Shown here: positions 11,345 through 25,690 of the stretch, piece after piece
Position numbering within the stretch: the first letter of the stretch is position 1
Layout: every line of letters starts with the position of its first letter
Assembly (NCBI GenBank): GCA_973895155.1
Contig: OZ316898.1
Span: 5,381,079-5,445,078, forward strand
DNA length: 64,000 nucleotides
Source of the DNA: Marsupella aquatica
Taxonomy: Eukaryota; Plantae; Marchantiophyta
Reading direction: 5' to 3'
The notes under the pieces: generated by a model
Database searches by the model: none
What the model was told of the DNA's origin: nothing
What the model saw: the letters and a program-made list of their open reading frames with translations, nothing else
Translations under genes and position numbers: made by a program

Positions 11345-11695
11345 CCTCTATGTGTGAGTTTTCACACATTTGCTTACCAGGTGAAGGGGCTTGCCAATGA
11401 TACCAAGAGGCTCTCAAAATGATTTGATGATTTATTTGCCAAAATCAGCAATCCAGATTGACAGTTCATATATGTAATAATCATAATGTGACCCTTACAA
11501 GCTAAGTACAGTATTTTTCTATGTTGTGTGAATTTTTACACATTTGCTACCAGGTGAAGGGCCTTGGGAATGATCCAACTAGGTTTCTATACATTTGAGT
11601 GACTTAGCCAAAACCAACAATCCAAATTATTTTAACCTTTCATGGATGTAATTGTCATAGTGTCACCTTACAAGTTAACTACAATATTTTTCTAA
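11345..11695. repeat. Degenerate tandem duplication, ~170-bp unit x2
   Basis: tgtgtga.ttt..acacatttgc.taccaggtgaaggg...ccttacaag.taa.taca.tatttttct occurs twice. Confidence 0.7.
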
Positions 11696-13269
11696 GGGGA
11701 GGCTTCAACTCGCCATAAGTGCAACCTGCCCAAAATACAAAAGGGAACTTTGACTAACCCTAGTTAGTAGGTGAAAATCTCAGGGTCAGCCATCTGGTAG
11801 TGAAAGACTACAGGGCAACTACCAAATAGAGGTTCTCAATACAGCCCACGGGCAGTCTCATGGCAATCCTGGTTTAGCTTTGGAGGGATGCGGCCAAAAA
11901 ATGTGTGGTACTCCCTGAGCCTAGCCCACACACTTGTGCCACTGGATTTTACTATTTTCCTATGGCAAGTTCCCTCCACTGCGTCCTGGTTGCTACTGGG
12001 CCAGAAAAATTTAACTCAAAAAATCTGTGCACCAGTCAGACTCACCAATGGGCCATTGATTTTGATACATAAAAGATAGTAGTTGCAATTGATGTAGTGT
12101 GGCTTTCATACAATTGCAGTGTGCATCTGATTAATTTGGAGTACTGTTTTTCAAGTAATTTTTTTTTATATGTATTTTTTTGTAGAACGTACTTTGGGAG
12201 TCTCAGACCTTTCTTACCAATTTCATTTATCACTTACCAATGTTCTTCTATATCTAGACTCTGCTTGTGAGAAGGACAACTTGGAAGTCTCATACATCTC
12301 AAGCTTTACGTTTACTTCCAATTATTTTAATTGTCTTTTACATTTAGTCTCTTCTTGTGAGTAGGTAGAGGGTATTTCCTACCAACTATTCTTTATATTT
12401 AGTCGCTTGTGAGTAGAGTAGCACGGAATTCTCATACCTTTTATACCCACCGTATGCAGTCCAGTTTTCTGAAGTGTGGTTTTGTTGGACCATGGGAATG
12501 GGAGATCAAAACACACTCAAAGTGATCGCTCAAGTACAGCTTATCTACTCTTTTCTCCTTGACTCCATGCTTACTACATCACTTTTAGAGCTCCATGTCT
12601 GGACGACAGCAACGGCTGCACGTGAAACAATCCTAAATGTCCATATCCTTAAAGGTGCTCATTCATCACCGCCTTAGGTGGTCTATTCACATGACCGTTC
12701 AGTGTTGCCTCGATTAACTTGAGAACTCAGACTTTCATCTCGATTGATGCTAAAACAATGTAGTGCTCAGTAGAGGCAAATTAACAATCCCTGAATGCCT
12801 TGAATAACGCGAAGGAAAAGAAACAGGAAATAAGTTTGTAGATGGCTCCTGCAAATGGAAGGCGACCACATTCTCCAACCAGGAATTTCTGATCCAAGTC
12901 TCCAGAATAACTGCTATCTCAAAACAGAGGACTCTGATGGCCTGTCTGCTCACAGCTTGGTTAGTAAACCAACGAAACGAATAGCAGTACAAGACTTTGG
13001 ACCCTAACAGGACCAGACAGTTTCTGGCATGAGTACATTTTAAGACATTCCTAGCAGAGCACAGGCAGACCTGACAACATGCTTTGAAGTAGTGGCCTCA
13101 GCCCACTACGCCCACAACAGTCAAGTGCAAATAAACACTAGAGCTGAGACGAACCTAGCTGCGCAAGTGCACGCAGCGTCAAAGAAGTGGGCCTTCTATC
13201 TTCTTTGCCATATAGAAACAAACGGAATTGATCAGGCCACGATTTCTTAATCCATCTGCGTCATTATTA

Positions 13270-16200
13270 TTAATCAGAATCATTGTCAATGTCATCCGCT
13301 GACAAATGGCCATTGCCATTGCCTTGCGGTTTTACCTCTGTTTCCTCGGTACTATCCATCGTGTCATCCTCAGAATCTGCATCATTTTCACTGTAGTCCT
13401 CGGATGAAATACCATCTTCTACGTCTTCTACCTCAACCTCAACCTCACTATCCTGTTCTTCATACACCACTACTGCATCCGAGCCCTCAACCACTTCTGC
13501 TTCATTTAATGAAATTTGCGCCATGATCAGATCAAGACGGCCTGACAATGATAGTAACGGCCGGAAAACTGACAATCTGGCCTCAATAAGTTGGTAAAGA
13601 GTTGCTAAAACAGGTTGCATTGCAGGATTCGACATCAATGAGGCAGCATGCTGTAGGAGGACAGTTCGGACCCAGGGCACCAATGCCAGCCCCCTGCGCG
13701 GACGGGTTTCTAACTTAACAATGCAGACACTCAAGAATTTGGCAGCCTCAGTCGGCCGCAATGTGCGAACAGTGTTGCCTATGACTTTCTCATCAGACAC
13801 AGCTAGACATTGCTCCAATAGAGCAGCATCATCTGCTTGCAATGCCTGTGAAAGAAGCACTTGAACAGAGTCTGCTCTAGGAGGCACTACTATGGTTCCG
13901 GCGTTTTCACTATTACTTGGTACTTTGTCTACTATACCTAAGGCTATAAGTTTTTCTTCCATTGTTTGCACATCATCCTCGTCCATGGCTTCTGCATTAC
14001 CATCCGCTGATTGGGGTTGTTGAGGCTCCGCGCTTGTCGGTTCTGCATCTAAATCAACACTGGCTTGCCGCTTTTTTCTGGTCTTCTTAGCTGTGGAAAC
14101 GATCTCCCCAGATTCCACAAGCGGTCTTGAAATAACCGCATCAGCGGCATTATCAGGACCTAAAACCGTAAAGTTCTCTGCTTCCTTTGAAGCGATATTT
14201 TCTGCACGATGGGTTGCTGGAAGCAACGCTCCACCGGACTGAACCTCCAGCACAACTTGACTTCCTGGGGCTCCTACATCAACATGCTCAAAAATAGGTT
14301 TGGCGGATGTCCCGTGGGCAACCAGTAAAGTCTTAGGACTTTCCCCAATTACTGCCTCTAAGCAAGCTGCCAGCACACTTTCTTTCAACCCCCTGCTTCC
14401 CTTAGCAGTTCTGGTGGTTCCAACACTAACCTTTATGGGCTTGAAGGTTTCTAATTGTTCAAGAGTAGAAGCATGCCAAACGTAAGCTACACCTGTCGAA
14501 GAGACAGCCACCACATCGAATTCCCCCAAGTCTGCATTAAATGCACTGCAATTTAGAGCCACAGCTGGATGATCCAAAGAGAGAGAACAAAGAGCTCCCC
14601 TTTCTGACTTGCTTCCTTGAACTTGCCACACTGCCACTTGTCTCTCTCCTGTAGCAGATGATAGCACATATTTCCCGTCTTGACTGAAAGCTAGAGCGTT
14701 CACAACGGCCTGCAATGAGGGGACCAGGGTCAGCAACACACATTAACAACAGCCGCTGGTCTCCCAAAGAATAGAGCACGAGACTCGTAAATAAAGTAGG
14801 ATATGTTTAAGAGATCACACAAACTTACCGCATGACCAGCAAATTTGCAAATCCGCTTCTTGCTAGCCAGGTCAAAAAGCTTGAGCTCTGAACTAGCTGC
14901 AAGCAAACTACCGCCGTCTGAAACAGTGTCAAGCAACAAGCACCAATCAGAACTTTCTCACCGGAAATGTCAATAGAACAAACTGAAGAGACAAGAAGCG
15001 ATTGGGATACCTGGAGAGACGGCAATACTCGATACAGGGGTTTTTGCAGCCCTGAACTTCCCCACCACTTCCCCAGTTCCAGGATTCAACTCGCAAATCA
15101 TCCCATCTGCTCCTGCCGTGTAAAGCGCCTGTCCGTCCTTCGAAAATGACACTGACTTAACCCCCCTGGCATACCACGAAGGATAAGATAAAAAGGACAA
15201 TTTGATGTAATCAAGATTCAAGGCTATTTTTGTGCAGCAAGTTCAGACGTCTTCATTTGGGAAAGAGAAAACAACAGGTACAAAACCTCTCACCCCGCAT
15301 TGCAATCGCTAGTCCTCCACCTAAGCTGCCCAAGCGCTGCATCCCATGCCAGTACGTCTCCAGAGCCGGTTCCAAGTACTAACACAAGTTGCCCGTCTTT
15401 TGAACCTTTTTTTTTCCCCTACAGAAACGATAAGAACAGTTAGTTAATCATGAGCCGTCAAAAATCGAAACTTTGCTCAGAAAGCACACATTTCATGGCT
15501 GGAATAAATTACAAGCGCAAGGAGGGTGAGGATGGAAGGAACGACAGACACCTTCTTCGAGACAGAGGGCAATGAAGCCCAGACAAGGCAGGAGTAGTCG
15601 ATTGCCAAGTGACCATTTGTTTCTCCTCCTGCACCGCTTGTCGATGCCGCAATATCCACAAATTCTCCACGCAAATGCCCGCTTCCGACGTCCCAAGTCT
15701 GTAGGTCAAATCGGTGTCCCCATTAGAATTGTCAGTTTTGATTGGCTTCATTCTTCTACGTACTCTACCCAATATACTAACTATGAGTTTCAGTTTTCGT
15801 TTTGTGCGGTCCCATTCCGTGCTCTCGAAGCCAACATCCTGAATAACGACTTCAACCTTCGATTCAGAAGATTCTCACTATCTTGAAGTCCGCAATATCT
15901 GCCAAAAGTCCTAAGTAGGGTTTCAACTTCTGTTCACTGCCTACGTCTCTGTACTTTCTACCCGATACTCTAAACAGGCCTTCAACTTTCGGTCACTCTC
16001 TCCTCTCATGACTCTCAAGTCAACATTCATTCTTTCCTCCTCCGTCCTGTTTCTTGCCCATCGGTAGCCGACCATGTCTTCCTTCATTCACTCTCTTTCT
16101 CTTTGCCTCTCTAATCTAAACTGTTGCTTGGCAAAGGTGAGCTGGTTGAAACCCAGAAACAGCGCAATGCTATGAAGTTTGTTACCGACTTTTCGAAAAA

Positions 16201-16310
16201 AAACAAAATTCACAGGAAGGCCTCGGAGAGAGAAATACCTTCACACGGCCATCTGCAGTTGCGATGGCGAGAAATTCGGCAGCCGGGCTGAAGGCGGCCA
16301 ATCCGTCCAT
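13270..16310 (-). CDS. WDR43: WD-repeat protein 43 / UTP5 (SSU processome), C-terminal Utp12-like domain and acidic tail
   Basis: Exons 16310-16239 (MDGLAAFSPAAEFLAIATADGRVK), 15698-15552, ~15418-15294, ~15165-15011, 14917-~14829 and ~14710-13270. C-terminal ADSVQVLLSQALQADD..LLEQCL...LSGRLDLIMAQ motif and an Asp/Glu-rich tail. An in-frame TAG lies upstream of ATG 16310. Confidence 0.88.
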
Positions 16311-16949
16311 CGCAGGGCGACTTCCCGAGCGAAGTTGGGCCTCTCCCTAACGAAAGTGTTGTCCGTCCGCAGGGAGAAATCGCACTGGACAGGGAACGAA
16401 ACCTGGCGGGATTCTTAATTTTTGTCAGGTGCTAGTTAGACCATGATAACCGGGAGTCCCGATAGCCGTAGAGACATTCAAGTGAACTGCAGAAGCCATC
16501 ATTACAGGAAGTTCAGTACCTCAAATTCAAAGATCACTGACTTCAAGGATCACTGAATGCTCGAAAAGCCGGTACACAGAAGCCAAGATTCCTGTGCTGA
16601 GTATCTACGAAATGCTCAAACCTAATGTAGTAGCGAACGAGACAGACATATAATGAGCAGATCGAGCCAAGATTTCTTTGTGGGAGCTTGAGAAAGTGCT
16701 TCGACCTGGTTGCAAGCGACTTGAACGGGAGAGAGTGTTAAATTGCAGAGCTCAGATGGTTGCGCGGAGCTTCGACGAAATGCTTCAACCTAGCATTGTA
16801 GTTGCAAAAAGAATGGAGGCAACGAACGGAAGCTCGGAGAGAAGGAGAGAGCTCACAACGAGAGGTGAAGCTCGTGCGCCCACACTACAACGAGAGAACG
16901 AGATGGCTTTTTAGTTTAGTTGCCCAAGAGATGAGCCTAAAACCCTAAA

Positions 16950-17312
16950 CCCGAGTGTTTTTTGTGGCAAAATTTCGCCAAATTTCCCTTCGTCCACAAG
17001 CCCTGGCCACTTTTGGGGTACAGTTTGGCCGAATTTGGACGTTGTCCTCCAATGTTGGCCACATTGGTGATAAAACTCTCCGGAGCGGTTTTGTGCTAAA
17101 TTTCACCTTGGCCACTTTTGGCTGGATGAAACTGTCCAGAATTTTGGGGTTTAGTTTCGCCCATGTTTCACCTTGTTCACAAAGCTTGGACAATTTTGGC
17201 TGAAATTCTCCAGAGTTTGGAGGTTTAGTTGCACCAAATCTCACCTCTTCCACAAGCCTTGGCCACTTCTGGGTGAGATTGTCCGGAGTTTTGGGGTTTA
17301 GTTTCGCCAAAT
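16950..17312. repeat. Degenerate local repeats (ggccacttttgg / ttttggggtttagtttcgcc modules)
   Basis: The modules recur two to three times, e.g. cacaagcc.tggccactt at ~16995 and ~17251, and ttttggggtttagtttcgcc at ~17142 and ~17289. Confidence 0.6.
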
Positions 17313-17329
17313 TGCATGAGTATGGGAAC

Positions 17330-17750
17330 CAGGTGGCACGGGTGAGGCAGGGGGCAAGGAGCGGCCCATGCGACTGTGGCTCGGCCAGCCCAACTAACTC
17401 CAAAGTTGGGAGAGACCGGGGGACTAGTGGGGTCCGGGCCGATGGGCACTCCCTGCCTGTACTGCATGGAACCCTTCTCTATACCAGGCGATTATGTAGG
17501 GTAACCACAAGGGGATGATACCAGGGATCCCTCTGTAGGGTAACCACGACTGGACCATACCAAGGTTCCGATAGGAACCAGACCAGGAGGGAGGTTAAAG
17601 TAGGGCACAAGAGTCTGAAGATTAACAATGACTCCCACCAGTGCACCCCACACACACACACACACACACACCTTGCGTCCGAATGGGGGATTGAACCTAA
17701 GACCTTCTTGGTTCTTTATAGGCTAATCCCTTGGCCAACTGACCTAAGCC
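17330..17750 (-). mobile_element. tRNA-derived SINE-like element
   Basis: The minus strand begins GGCTTAGGTCAGTTGG (A-box-like) ... GGTTCAATCC (B-box), followed by a (TG)n tract. The body shares strings (accaggaggg, actcccaccagt.ca.ccc) with 150-520. Confidence 0.55.
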
Positions 17751-18659
17751 TAAAAGTGTCCTATCCTAACTAAAACAATAGACTTGATGGCCCTTGGAGT
17801 GGAAAAAGATCCAGACAAGGCACATTGTTTTGAAAAGGACTTGGGTGCCCATGTAGTCCACCCTCTCTTTCCCTATAGTTGTGGTTAGAGAGTCCACTAG
17901 GGTGTCAAAACTGGGTCATAAGTGAGATACAACCAAGTATTTAATGAATTTCCTCTCTCCTCCCTTCCTATGTCTTTGTCTCTATATTTCTGGTTGGGGG
18001 GTCCATTATTTAGGGTGTGTCAAAACAGGGCCATAAGTGAGGTGCAACCAAGGACGTAAACTGGTTTTTGACCCTACATATGTGCCTCCTAAGGATCAGA
18101 CGCCCAAAAAATCACAACCATAAGACTTTGCTTGTGACAATGCTTTGACAACCCCTATTAGGGTGTCTCAAGCCTCGTTGTTTTCAAAATGTCCCAGGCA
18201 GATGCTTGAGAGGGGGGAGGGGGGATAGCACTGGGGCCAACACTTTGTAGCAGAATAAGCGACGAGGTGAACCCGGAGGAGAAGACACTTTGTAAAGGAA
18301 TAAGCATTGAGGCACAAGTACCAAGTCACCCAAAGCTTATTTATTCTTGCTTTAAAGGGGTTACTAAAAAATCCATCCAAACTTTAAAAATTAAGGAGTG
18401 ATTAATTATTCTTCTCAACATGGAAATCCTTTTGAGCGGGAAACACGAGAGTACAAACTACTTTACCTTTTTGGGGGGAATCTTCACACTTTTAGGTGCC
18501 TTAAAAAGAATATTTGTTTTCTCATTTATTTAGATATGATAGTCCTAAAAGCTTTTCATTACCATTAGATTGTTTGAAGGTGGAGCAGCCCTACGAAGTT
18601 ATTTTCCCTCTTTTTCAATAGTTTTTCCTTTTTTACAAAGGTTCTACCTCTTTCCACTT

Positions 18660-18900
18660 TTTATTATTATTTTAAAACCAAGACACTACCGAGAACCTTT
18701 ATTCCAACGAATCCAAGACAACAAAACCGCCTAGAAGAGTGAGGCAGCACAAAGAGGAAAAAATAATTAAGGGGGCTCATTTTTTATTATTATTTTAAAA
18801 TTGAGACACTGCCCGAGAACCTTTATTCCAACGAATCCAAAACAACAAAACCGCCTAGAAGAGGGAGGCAGCACAAAGAGGGAAAAGAATTAAGGGGGCT
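18660..18900. repeat. Tandem direct duplication, ~125 bp x2
   Basis: ttattattattttaaaa...ccgagaacctttattccaacgaatccaa.acaacaaaaccgcctagaagag.gaggcagcacaaagagg...ttaagggggct occurs twice. Confidence 0.85.
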
Positions 18901-20800
18901 GAAAGAGGGAGCACACCCAGAGAGGAGAGAGAAAGGGCACCACTGTCCAGACCGCCTAGAAAGAAGGAGGCGAAACAAAATGGGACAGAGAAGCCCCGGA
19001 AACAGAAACACTAAAACTGACCAATGAAAACCGCTAATAATGCCTACTCAAGATCTATCCTAAACAGCACAATACTGGATAGTACCCTAGAATCTGTCTT
19101 GGCGAAAGCCGAACCCATACCCTACTAGTCTCCATAAACATCTGTCCCATATGCCACCACATCCCCGAGCCCAGCCGTTGCAGGAACAGCCAACCCCAAC
19201 AAAACGGTCGTATTTTGTCCCAAGAATTATCTGTCACCCAAATGCAGGTATGTCAGCAGCCTATCCCAAACCTCAAGAAAATCAAACAAATGCTAAATGC
19301 ATTGGTAGCACAGCTATCTCCCTACATGATCGCCAACAACCATATTATCTGAAGTCCCAACCAGATCCAAGGTTGTATTGCTTGTTGTATTGTCATAGGT
19401 CAGAAAAGGTAGTCCATGGGCCTTATGCAGAACGGAGTGGCTGAAACCACTTATATCTCCCCAGCTGTTGAGGCCCTCCGCACACCCATCTGCATACCAT
19501 ATAATGGCTACTAGAACCCACTACTATTCTTTTTCAGAGCTGAAGAAGTCATCGGGAACATACACTCCATCAAGCATCTGACACCGAAGACCCTCCCAAT
19601 CAATTGGATGGAAGGGCAAAAGGAAGTCTTATCGCGCACCAAAATATCTGAGCCTGATGCAACAGGCGGTGACCGAAGGAAAACCCAGAGAGAGGGTGAC
19701 CCACAGCCACAAGTCCCAGAGATCACAAAGGAGAGCCTAGACCCCAGCATTGGCCAGTCGGTAAGCCACACAACAAATGGTCCAACGAAACTGTTGTGCT
19801 CTAGCCACATCAATAGTTCCTTGCAAGAAATTGAGTTAAAATATCTTCATAGCACCAATGATCTTCCACCACCAACTATATCCAACAGTTGAATGTTGGC
19901 CAGTAGGGTAGAAGAGACAGCCAACCCCAAGACAGATCCCAAAAAGACAACCAATCTTGATGCGTCGAGGAACAATCCTAGAGAAAACACAGAAAAAACT
20001 ATTCTGGAATAGCAAATGATAGGAATCTATTCAAAGAAGAAATCTACCTCCCACACTCTGAGAAGAGAGCCTGGTAATCATAAATTTAATCTAACCTATC
20101 TAATTTTGTGCAATGAAGTATGAGATCAGACTAGTGATGGAGAGGAGGTCATGCAAGAGCCGGAGCCACTCTCTTGCGAACCAGTAGTATAAGCCAAATC
20201 CATATGCAAACCAAAATGTGAAAGCTTGCCCTCGGCCAACAATCTGGCTAGCCAACAAAGGGAAAGGAGGGGGATATATAATCCTACTCTCCAGAACTGC
20301 TATCAACAAAACCACCCATGAGGAGTGAAGGAGCCCATGAAGAGTGATTACCAAACACTTTCCACTTTTTGAGGAGGTGAGAAGCAGTTTTGGGGAGGTT
20401 TGCTAGTCTATTTTAGTGGTCATATGCTTCAGTTGAAGTAATAGTTCAACAATTGCCCCCAAGCTTTGGATGGTCCCTCTCAACATTTAATAGTAGGTAA
20501 GTTCATGGGTAACTTGGAAGTTTGAGTCCAATAGTCCTCAACCCATTTCTCAAACTCATGGAAACCAAATGAAGTGAGGGCCCATGATCTCATCAGTAAT
20601 GACAAAATCTGCCAACTTTGGACTCATTCTCAATGTTCTTATTTTCTAAAATGCTTCTAAATGTACAGCACAATTTCTCTAGCTCCAATGAGTGTGACAC
20701 CCCAAGTAGTTTTTCAGATGTCTCGACCACATCTTTTGTGCAAGAACTTATTTTTTGCAATGAGATCTGTTTTGCAATGCGGGGGTATTGAGCTATACTC
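18900..20800 (-). mobile_element. Highly decayed LINE (non-LTR retrotransposon) remnant
   Basis: Stop-riddled minus-strand translations show RT-like relics in the expected order: EAYDH ~ KAYD, FAYG ~ FADD, RLNL, then a Trp-rich C-terminus. There is no intact ORF. Confidence 0.35.
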
Positions 20801-21789
20801 ATAATTATTTTGATTTAATGACATTTATTTCAAAATCAATTTGCACAATCTAAGTATGCCTAGTCTAAATCTTGCCTGAGATAGACAGTCTTTCATAGGT
20901 GTAAGGATGTGTTTCATAGAAAATTCATATTTAAATTGAGGAAATAACCATGGGTAAAAATAATCCTTTAAGCTGCTGTATCATTTATCAAGGTAATGTA
21001 AGAAACCATTTGACTACTATGGGCAGTGGAATACCAAGCAAACTTAACAAACCTAATTTCAGCTACTATGAGTTAAACACTGATATATAAACAAATATAA
21101 AATTCAAATATTTAGGAGGTTTTCTGAATAACTCAACTACCAAAAACAAATTCCAACCAAACAAGCAATTGCGTTAAAGTTCAAATTATTTTGTATTGTT
21201 GCATTATTTCTACACATATTTCTTCTCATCCTATTGCACATGGCTCAAACACTTTCAAGGAATGTTGTGCTACAAAGGACTTGCTTTGCAGTGTTGTGCA
21301 GTGTCACCCAACACTAGAGTAGCGTGAGTAGCACTAATTGTTGTGAACAGTTCGTGCTCCTTGCTTCCCAACATCATTTCTACACATCTTACTCCTCCCC
21401 ATGCACTGCCATGGCTTAATTTTGTTTGCCAATTGCCGCCCAAAAAGAGGTGGTTTGGGTTGTTGCATGGTGTCACCCAACACTATGGTAGTGTGAGTAA
21501 TACTAATTGCAGTGGGGAGTGTTCCACTTAGAGCTGTCTTGCATACATGAGATATATCGACCCCGTCAATTTGCAGCCATAGACCATTGTTCAGGTAGCA
21601 TATTACTTCAGGAGAAAGTCATGTCTGAAATGCCTCATCTGCCAGGTTTAACAGTTTCTGAAGTGGATAACCAAGGCCAAGGTCTGCAACCATTCCAGCC
21701 CTTGCAGTCCAGACTTTTGAAAACCGGAGACAAGATGATCCTTTGGTCTTGTGCTCAAGGCTTTACCCCAAAACTTGGGAGAGTTTTGA

Positions 21790-22535
21790 GGGGCCTAATG
21801 TTTTAGGACCAACTACATGCAAGATAGCTCTTACCATTGCCAGAAGCCCTTCATCCATGATGCACTTATTTGATAATTATTAAGTTTCAAATGGCAAATT
21901 TTACGGCCAGCTACATCCAAGATAGCTCGTACAATAGCTATTATCATTGCCCGGAAGTCCTTCATCCATGGTACACAAATATAATAATAATAGAGTTTCA
22001 AGGGCCTAATTCTTTAGGGCCAGCTACATGCACGATAGCTCTTACTATAGCTCTTTTTACCATTGCCTGGAAGTCCTTCATCCATGGTGCACTATTATAA
22101 TAATAATCAAGTTTCTAGTGCCTGATTTTCTAGCGCCAACTGCATGCAAGATAGCTCTTACCATATCTCTTACCCTTACCTGAAAGCCCTTTATCCACGG
22201 TGCACTAGTTTAATAGTAATCAAGTTTCAATGGCCTAATTATTTAGGGCCAACTATATGCAAAATATCTCTTACCATAGCTCTTTCCATGGCCCGGAAGC
22301 CCTTCATCCATGGTGCACTAATTTAATAATAATCAAGTTTGAAGGGCCTAATCTTTTTCGGCCAACTTCATGATGCAAGGTAGCCCTTACGTACCATTGC
22401 CTGGAAGCCCTTTATCCATGGTGCACTAATTTAATAATAATCAAGTTTGAAGGGCCTAATCTTTTTCGGGCAACTTCATGATGCAAGGTAGCCTTTACGT
22501 ACCATTGCCTGGAAGCCCTTTATCCATGGTGCACT
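21790..22535. repeat. Tandem array of a ~110-bp unit (~7 copies); the same family recurs at 52260-52530 and as a fragment near 63750
   Basis: ccattgcc.ggaagccctt.atccatggtgcactaatttaataataatcaagttt.aagggccta...gccagctacatgcaagatagctctta repeats at ~107-117-bp spacing. Confidence 0.9.
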
Positions 22536-23759
22536 ATATAGCATGCTCATCCTGGAACATGCCTTTTTTTGTCTTGTAGTAATATGTAATTCATTTAATT
22601 TATTTTATGATAAAAGAAATAGGTACATGTGCCAAGAAATTAATATCTGTTAATTAAAAGTGAGTGACGTAGTACACATGCAAAGAAAAGCACATTATGA
22701 TCAAAGTACAAAGGTATTAAAGAGTTGTGCACAATCATTTAACTTGCTTCTAGGTGATGACAATCAAATCAATTAAAACCATAAATTTTGTAAAAGAAAC
22801 CATGAGGGGAATTTATTACACCTGATGTGCACATTGTTCAAATTCATTTCTCTCACTCTCATGAGAAAAAATATTTCACTATGGAGTGATTGAAAAGGAA
22901 GATTAGACATTTATGAGGGAGCCAAATCTACTACTATAATACCCTATCCCGCCAAAAGTGGTGTATAGTCCGTTTACAAACTCACTTTTGGAGGGAACAT
23001 TTTCTGACCATTGGATTTATACTCTCTTTTATCCTGGCCTTTCATTATTCAAAAAGCAATCTCCCTAATCCAAATGAGACAAGACAAGTATTTTGGTATA
23101 CCACAAATAGGAGGGAGATATGGCATACGCTCTATGTGAGTGCCATGTGTTGTCATTGTGATGGGGGCATTTGGGTTTTGTCATTGGGATAGGGGCACTT
23201 GGGACACCATTATGAGGGGACAAGACTAGAAGCCATAGAGTTCAAAGTAGGGAGGGGAAATTAAAGATGCACCTATGGGTGAGGGACTGAATATATAATG
23301 TATTACCATCCCATAAGTACGTAGGTGGAGGGGATGAGACAAAGTGGAGCAAGTGGAGATGAAATTTAAAAAAAATAAGCAATAAGAGGAAAAAAAGAGA
23401 TAAAAGGGACACCCTTCCTTTTTATTGGGTTGTGGAAGAGAAGGGGGGGGGGGTGGAGGGGCAGCCGCAGCGGCAGCCCAAGAGAAAGGGGGCAAGGAGG
23501 CCATGAGGAGTGGGGATGTCACCTTCGACCTAGCATTGTGCAAATACATGTGCCTCGGTTACCATCATCTATTTAGCTCACACTCTCCTCTATTACTTTT
23601 GCAACAATATCTTTTTGACATGGACATCTTTTATGCAATGACATCGTTTACACAACATCTTAAGTGCAATACACGGGTATTGAACACAACCACAACATCT
23701 GTATGATCGGGATCACACATAAAATGTCTCAACAACTGCATTGCAAAGCTTATAATTAT

Positions 23760-24195
23760 GTTTTTGTCTCATCTTGACATATTTTCTTGCCTTGACATAT
23801 TTTTCTTGCCTTTTCATATTTATCTCTCCTTAACGTCTTTACCTTGCATTGACATCTTTTTTCACATTGACATCTTCATCTCACCACAACATTTTCTTCC
23901 CACCCTTGACAACCTTTTCATCATCTTTTTCTCTCCTCGAGATCTTTTCTCACCTTGACATCTTATCTTTTTCTCATCTCCCCATTATTTTCTCACTTTG
24001 AAATCTTTATCTCACTAAGACATCTTTTCCTCACCCTCGACTTCTATTCTCTCCTTGACATCTATTCCTCATCTTTGCATCTTTTTCTCACCCAGGTTCT
24101 CACCTTGCCATCTTTTCTCTCCTTGATAATTATCTTTTTCTCACCTCGACTTCTTTTCCTCACCTCACCATTTTTTTCTCGCCTTGGAATCTTTT
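23760..24195. repeat. Pyrimidine-rich minisatellite (ctcgacatctttt-type unit, ~20 bp) inside the Helitron
   Basis: Degenerate c.tgacatctttt.ctc units repeat directly upstream of the decayed hairpin at ~24197. Confidence 0.7.
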
Positions 24196-25099
24196 ATTGT
24201 GCAACGCACAAGCATCAGGCTACAACACTATAGCAGTATGAGTTGCCTTGACATTTAGTTTATGATTCATGAGTGATGGTGAGGTTCTTCCCACTGTGTA
24301 ATATGCTATCCTGCCATTATTGGGTTTCGTTTGCTCATGAAAATTAAAAAAGGCAGGATCCAATTCTGATGGTCCATTTAAAAGATTACTTTTAATCACC
24401 CTTAGATGCAAGCAACACTATCACATTGCCTCTCCTATGTGACACTAATTGGTATGGTAGAGGCTCACTTACACTTGCTCAGAGTACATGCACAAAGAGA
24501 AAAGAGTCAGGTACACCTTCAAGAAGGACAAATGTACTTGAAGGTACCATGATTATAGGTTGTACTAGAATATACAACCCATAATTGTGTTAACAGATTT
24601 TAAAACTATGACGTACACTATGGAGACATGATGGGAGATTGGAGACAAATTGATTGGGTTTAGAAAAAAAGGGGAGGGAGAAGATAAAAGGAAAACAATG
24701 AAATTAATTTAAGGGAAAAATTTCAAATAGAGACATGTTAAAAAGGTGAGGAAAAGAGAAGAATGGGAGAAAGGGGGATAATTTAGGATTTTTATCCCCC
24801 CCAAATACTTTAAAATTCATACTTATGTTTGTATATATATTGTGCCAAGATAATGAGACTTTCACACCTATAAACCATGACAAATATTCTGATGGTTTTT
24901 CACTGCAATAGTTTTACAAAATTTGACTTTTATCATCCCAAAGAAAGCCTGGGAAGCAAAACAAATAGGGAAAGAGGCAAGGGGAAAGGGGAAGGGGGGA
25001 TATGTATGGGAAAAGAGGAAGGGAGAGGCTTCATCTTGCCCCTTCCATTCGTGGGTAAGGGTGGAAAAAGTGTCAAGTTTATTTGCTCTACTTCTCACA

Positions 25100-25690
25100 C
25101 ATTTATGCTCAACATCTTTTTCTCTCCTTCTCACACTTCTCTCTTCAACATCTTTTGTTCTCCTTTGACATCTTTTGTTCACTTTGACATATTTTCTCTC
25201 CTTGATTTTTGTATCATCTCAACATCTATTTCTCTCAAAATCTTTTCTCTCTTGGACATATGTTTCTCACCTAGCTCTACATCTTCTCTCTCCTCGATAT
25301 CTTTTCTCTTCTCAACATCTTTTCTCTCTTCGACATCTTTTGCTCCCTCGACATCTTTTGCTCACCTCGACATCTTTTCTCACCTCAACATCTTTTCTCT
25401 CCTCAACATATTTTTCTCTCCTTGACTTCTTTTGTCACCTTGACTTCTTTTGTCACCTCGACATCTTTTTCTCATCTCGACATCTTTTTCTCTCCTTGGC
25501 ATCTTTTCTCTTCTCGACTTCTTTTATCATGTTGACATCTTTTGCTCACCTCGACATCTTTTCTCAACTCAACATCTTTTCTCTCCTCGGCATCTTTTTC
25601 TCACCTCGATATTTTTTCTCTCCTCAACATCTTTTATCACCTCGACATCTTTTTCTCACCTCGACATCTTATATCACCTCGACATCTTTC
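25100..25690. repeat. Pyrimidine-rich minisatellite (cctcgacatcttttt.tc, ~20 bp), subterminal in the Helitron
   Basis: Many cctcgacatctttt/ctcaacatctttt units end directly at the terminal hairpin. Confidence 0.85.

Noticed and set aside
14918-15010. WDR43 intron with donor GTATCCCA as a third U12 intron
   Set aside because: The donor deviates from GTATCCT and there is no convincing CCTTAAC/CCTTGAC branch near the acceptor. It is more likely U2.
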